Assembly (NCBI GenBank): GCA_001275005.1
Contig: JWZX01003226.1
Coordinates: forward strand, 1 to 49,406
Source: Chrysochromulina tobinii
Taxonomy: Eukaryota
Length of the DNA: 49,406 bases
Reading direction: 5' to 3'
A program made the translations under genes and the position numbers. This document shows, in pieces, positions 49,027 through 49,406 of this stretch; positions within the stretch are counted from its first letter, which is position 1; every line of letters begins with the position of its first letter. Below the pieces are notes generated by a model that did not search any database, was not told the DNA's origin, and saw only the letters and a list, made by a program, of their open reading frames with translations.

Positions 49027-49406
49027 TCATTCGCGCACTTGTAAGGATACCAACCAAAGTAAGGTTACCTTGACACACATTTCGACCAGAGATTTGATAC
49101 GCGCGCGCTGCGGCGAACATGTCGAAACCGAAGAAACGCACCAAGAACGCGACCCGCCATGACGCATGACCAGGATATATCCAATCGATCCTCGATCCCG
49201 CGATAACATTCCGAGGGGAGCGGAGCCGTCCTTTGAGACGGTGGGGTGTCGGCACGGGCATGTGCGATGGGGTAGGCGCCAGAGAGGATGATGAAATATG
49301 CGAAGGTGCTTCTGAGAGCACGTGCATCTCGCCCGCGCGAACGCCCACGTCACTCCCAAAGTCGATCGCCAAAGAGGCGCCTGGAATTTGGACAGCTTCA
49401 GGTGCC

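Noticed and set aside
1..49406. tRNA, rRNA or other structured RNA genes
   Set aside because: None recognised by eye; a tRNAscan-SE/Infernal run would be needed to exclude them.

Overview
GC-rich, gene-dense eukaryotic nuclear DNA with few, short GT-AG introns. A chlorophyll a/c-type LHC gene, flagellar genes and the intron style suggest a photosynthetic flagellate, most plausibly a haptophyte such as Chrysochromulina (inference). About 17 genes are supportable: MRE11 (partial), TMCO4/DUF726, a large PAN/FN3/C-type-lectin surface protein, an LHC, a 7-exon WD40 gene, CFAP54, an Sfi1-like+ankyrin protein, an ion-channel-type adenylyl cyclase, a PhyH dioxygenase, a SLOG+2xSLATT protein, a GH5 glucanase, a BRCT+CDC73_N-like protein, a 2OG-oxygenase/methyltransferase fusion, a chromodomain/ELM2/AP2-like protein, a METTL13-like methyltransferase and two small hypotheticals. 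Highlights: (1) a WD40 gene built from tandem ~195-bp exon+intron cassettes, one propeller blade per exon, hypervariable at fungal-NLR-like positions and ending in an F-box/SOCS-like tail; (2) a TRPM-like SLOG domain fused to two SLATT domains, a bacterial-conflict-type architecture; (3) an MRE11 with three altered metal ligands; (4) two introns whose 5' ends duplicate the start of the next exon. All family calls come from manual motif recognition; no database search was run.
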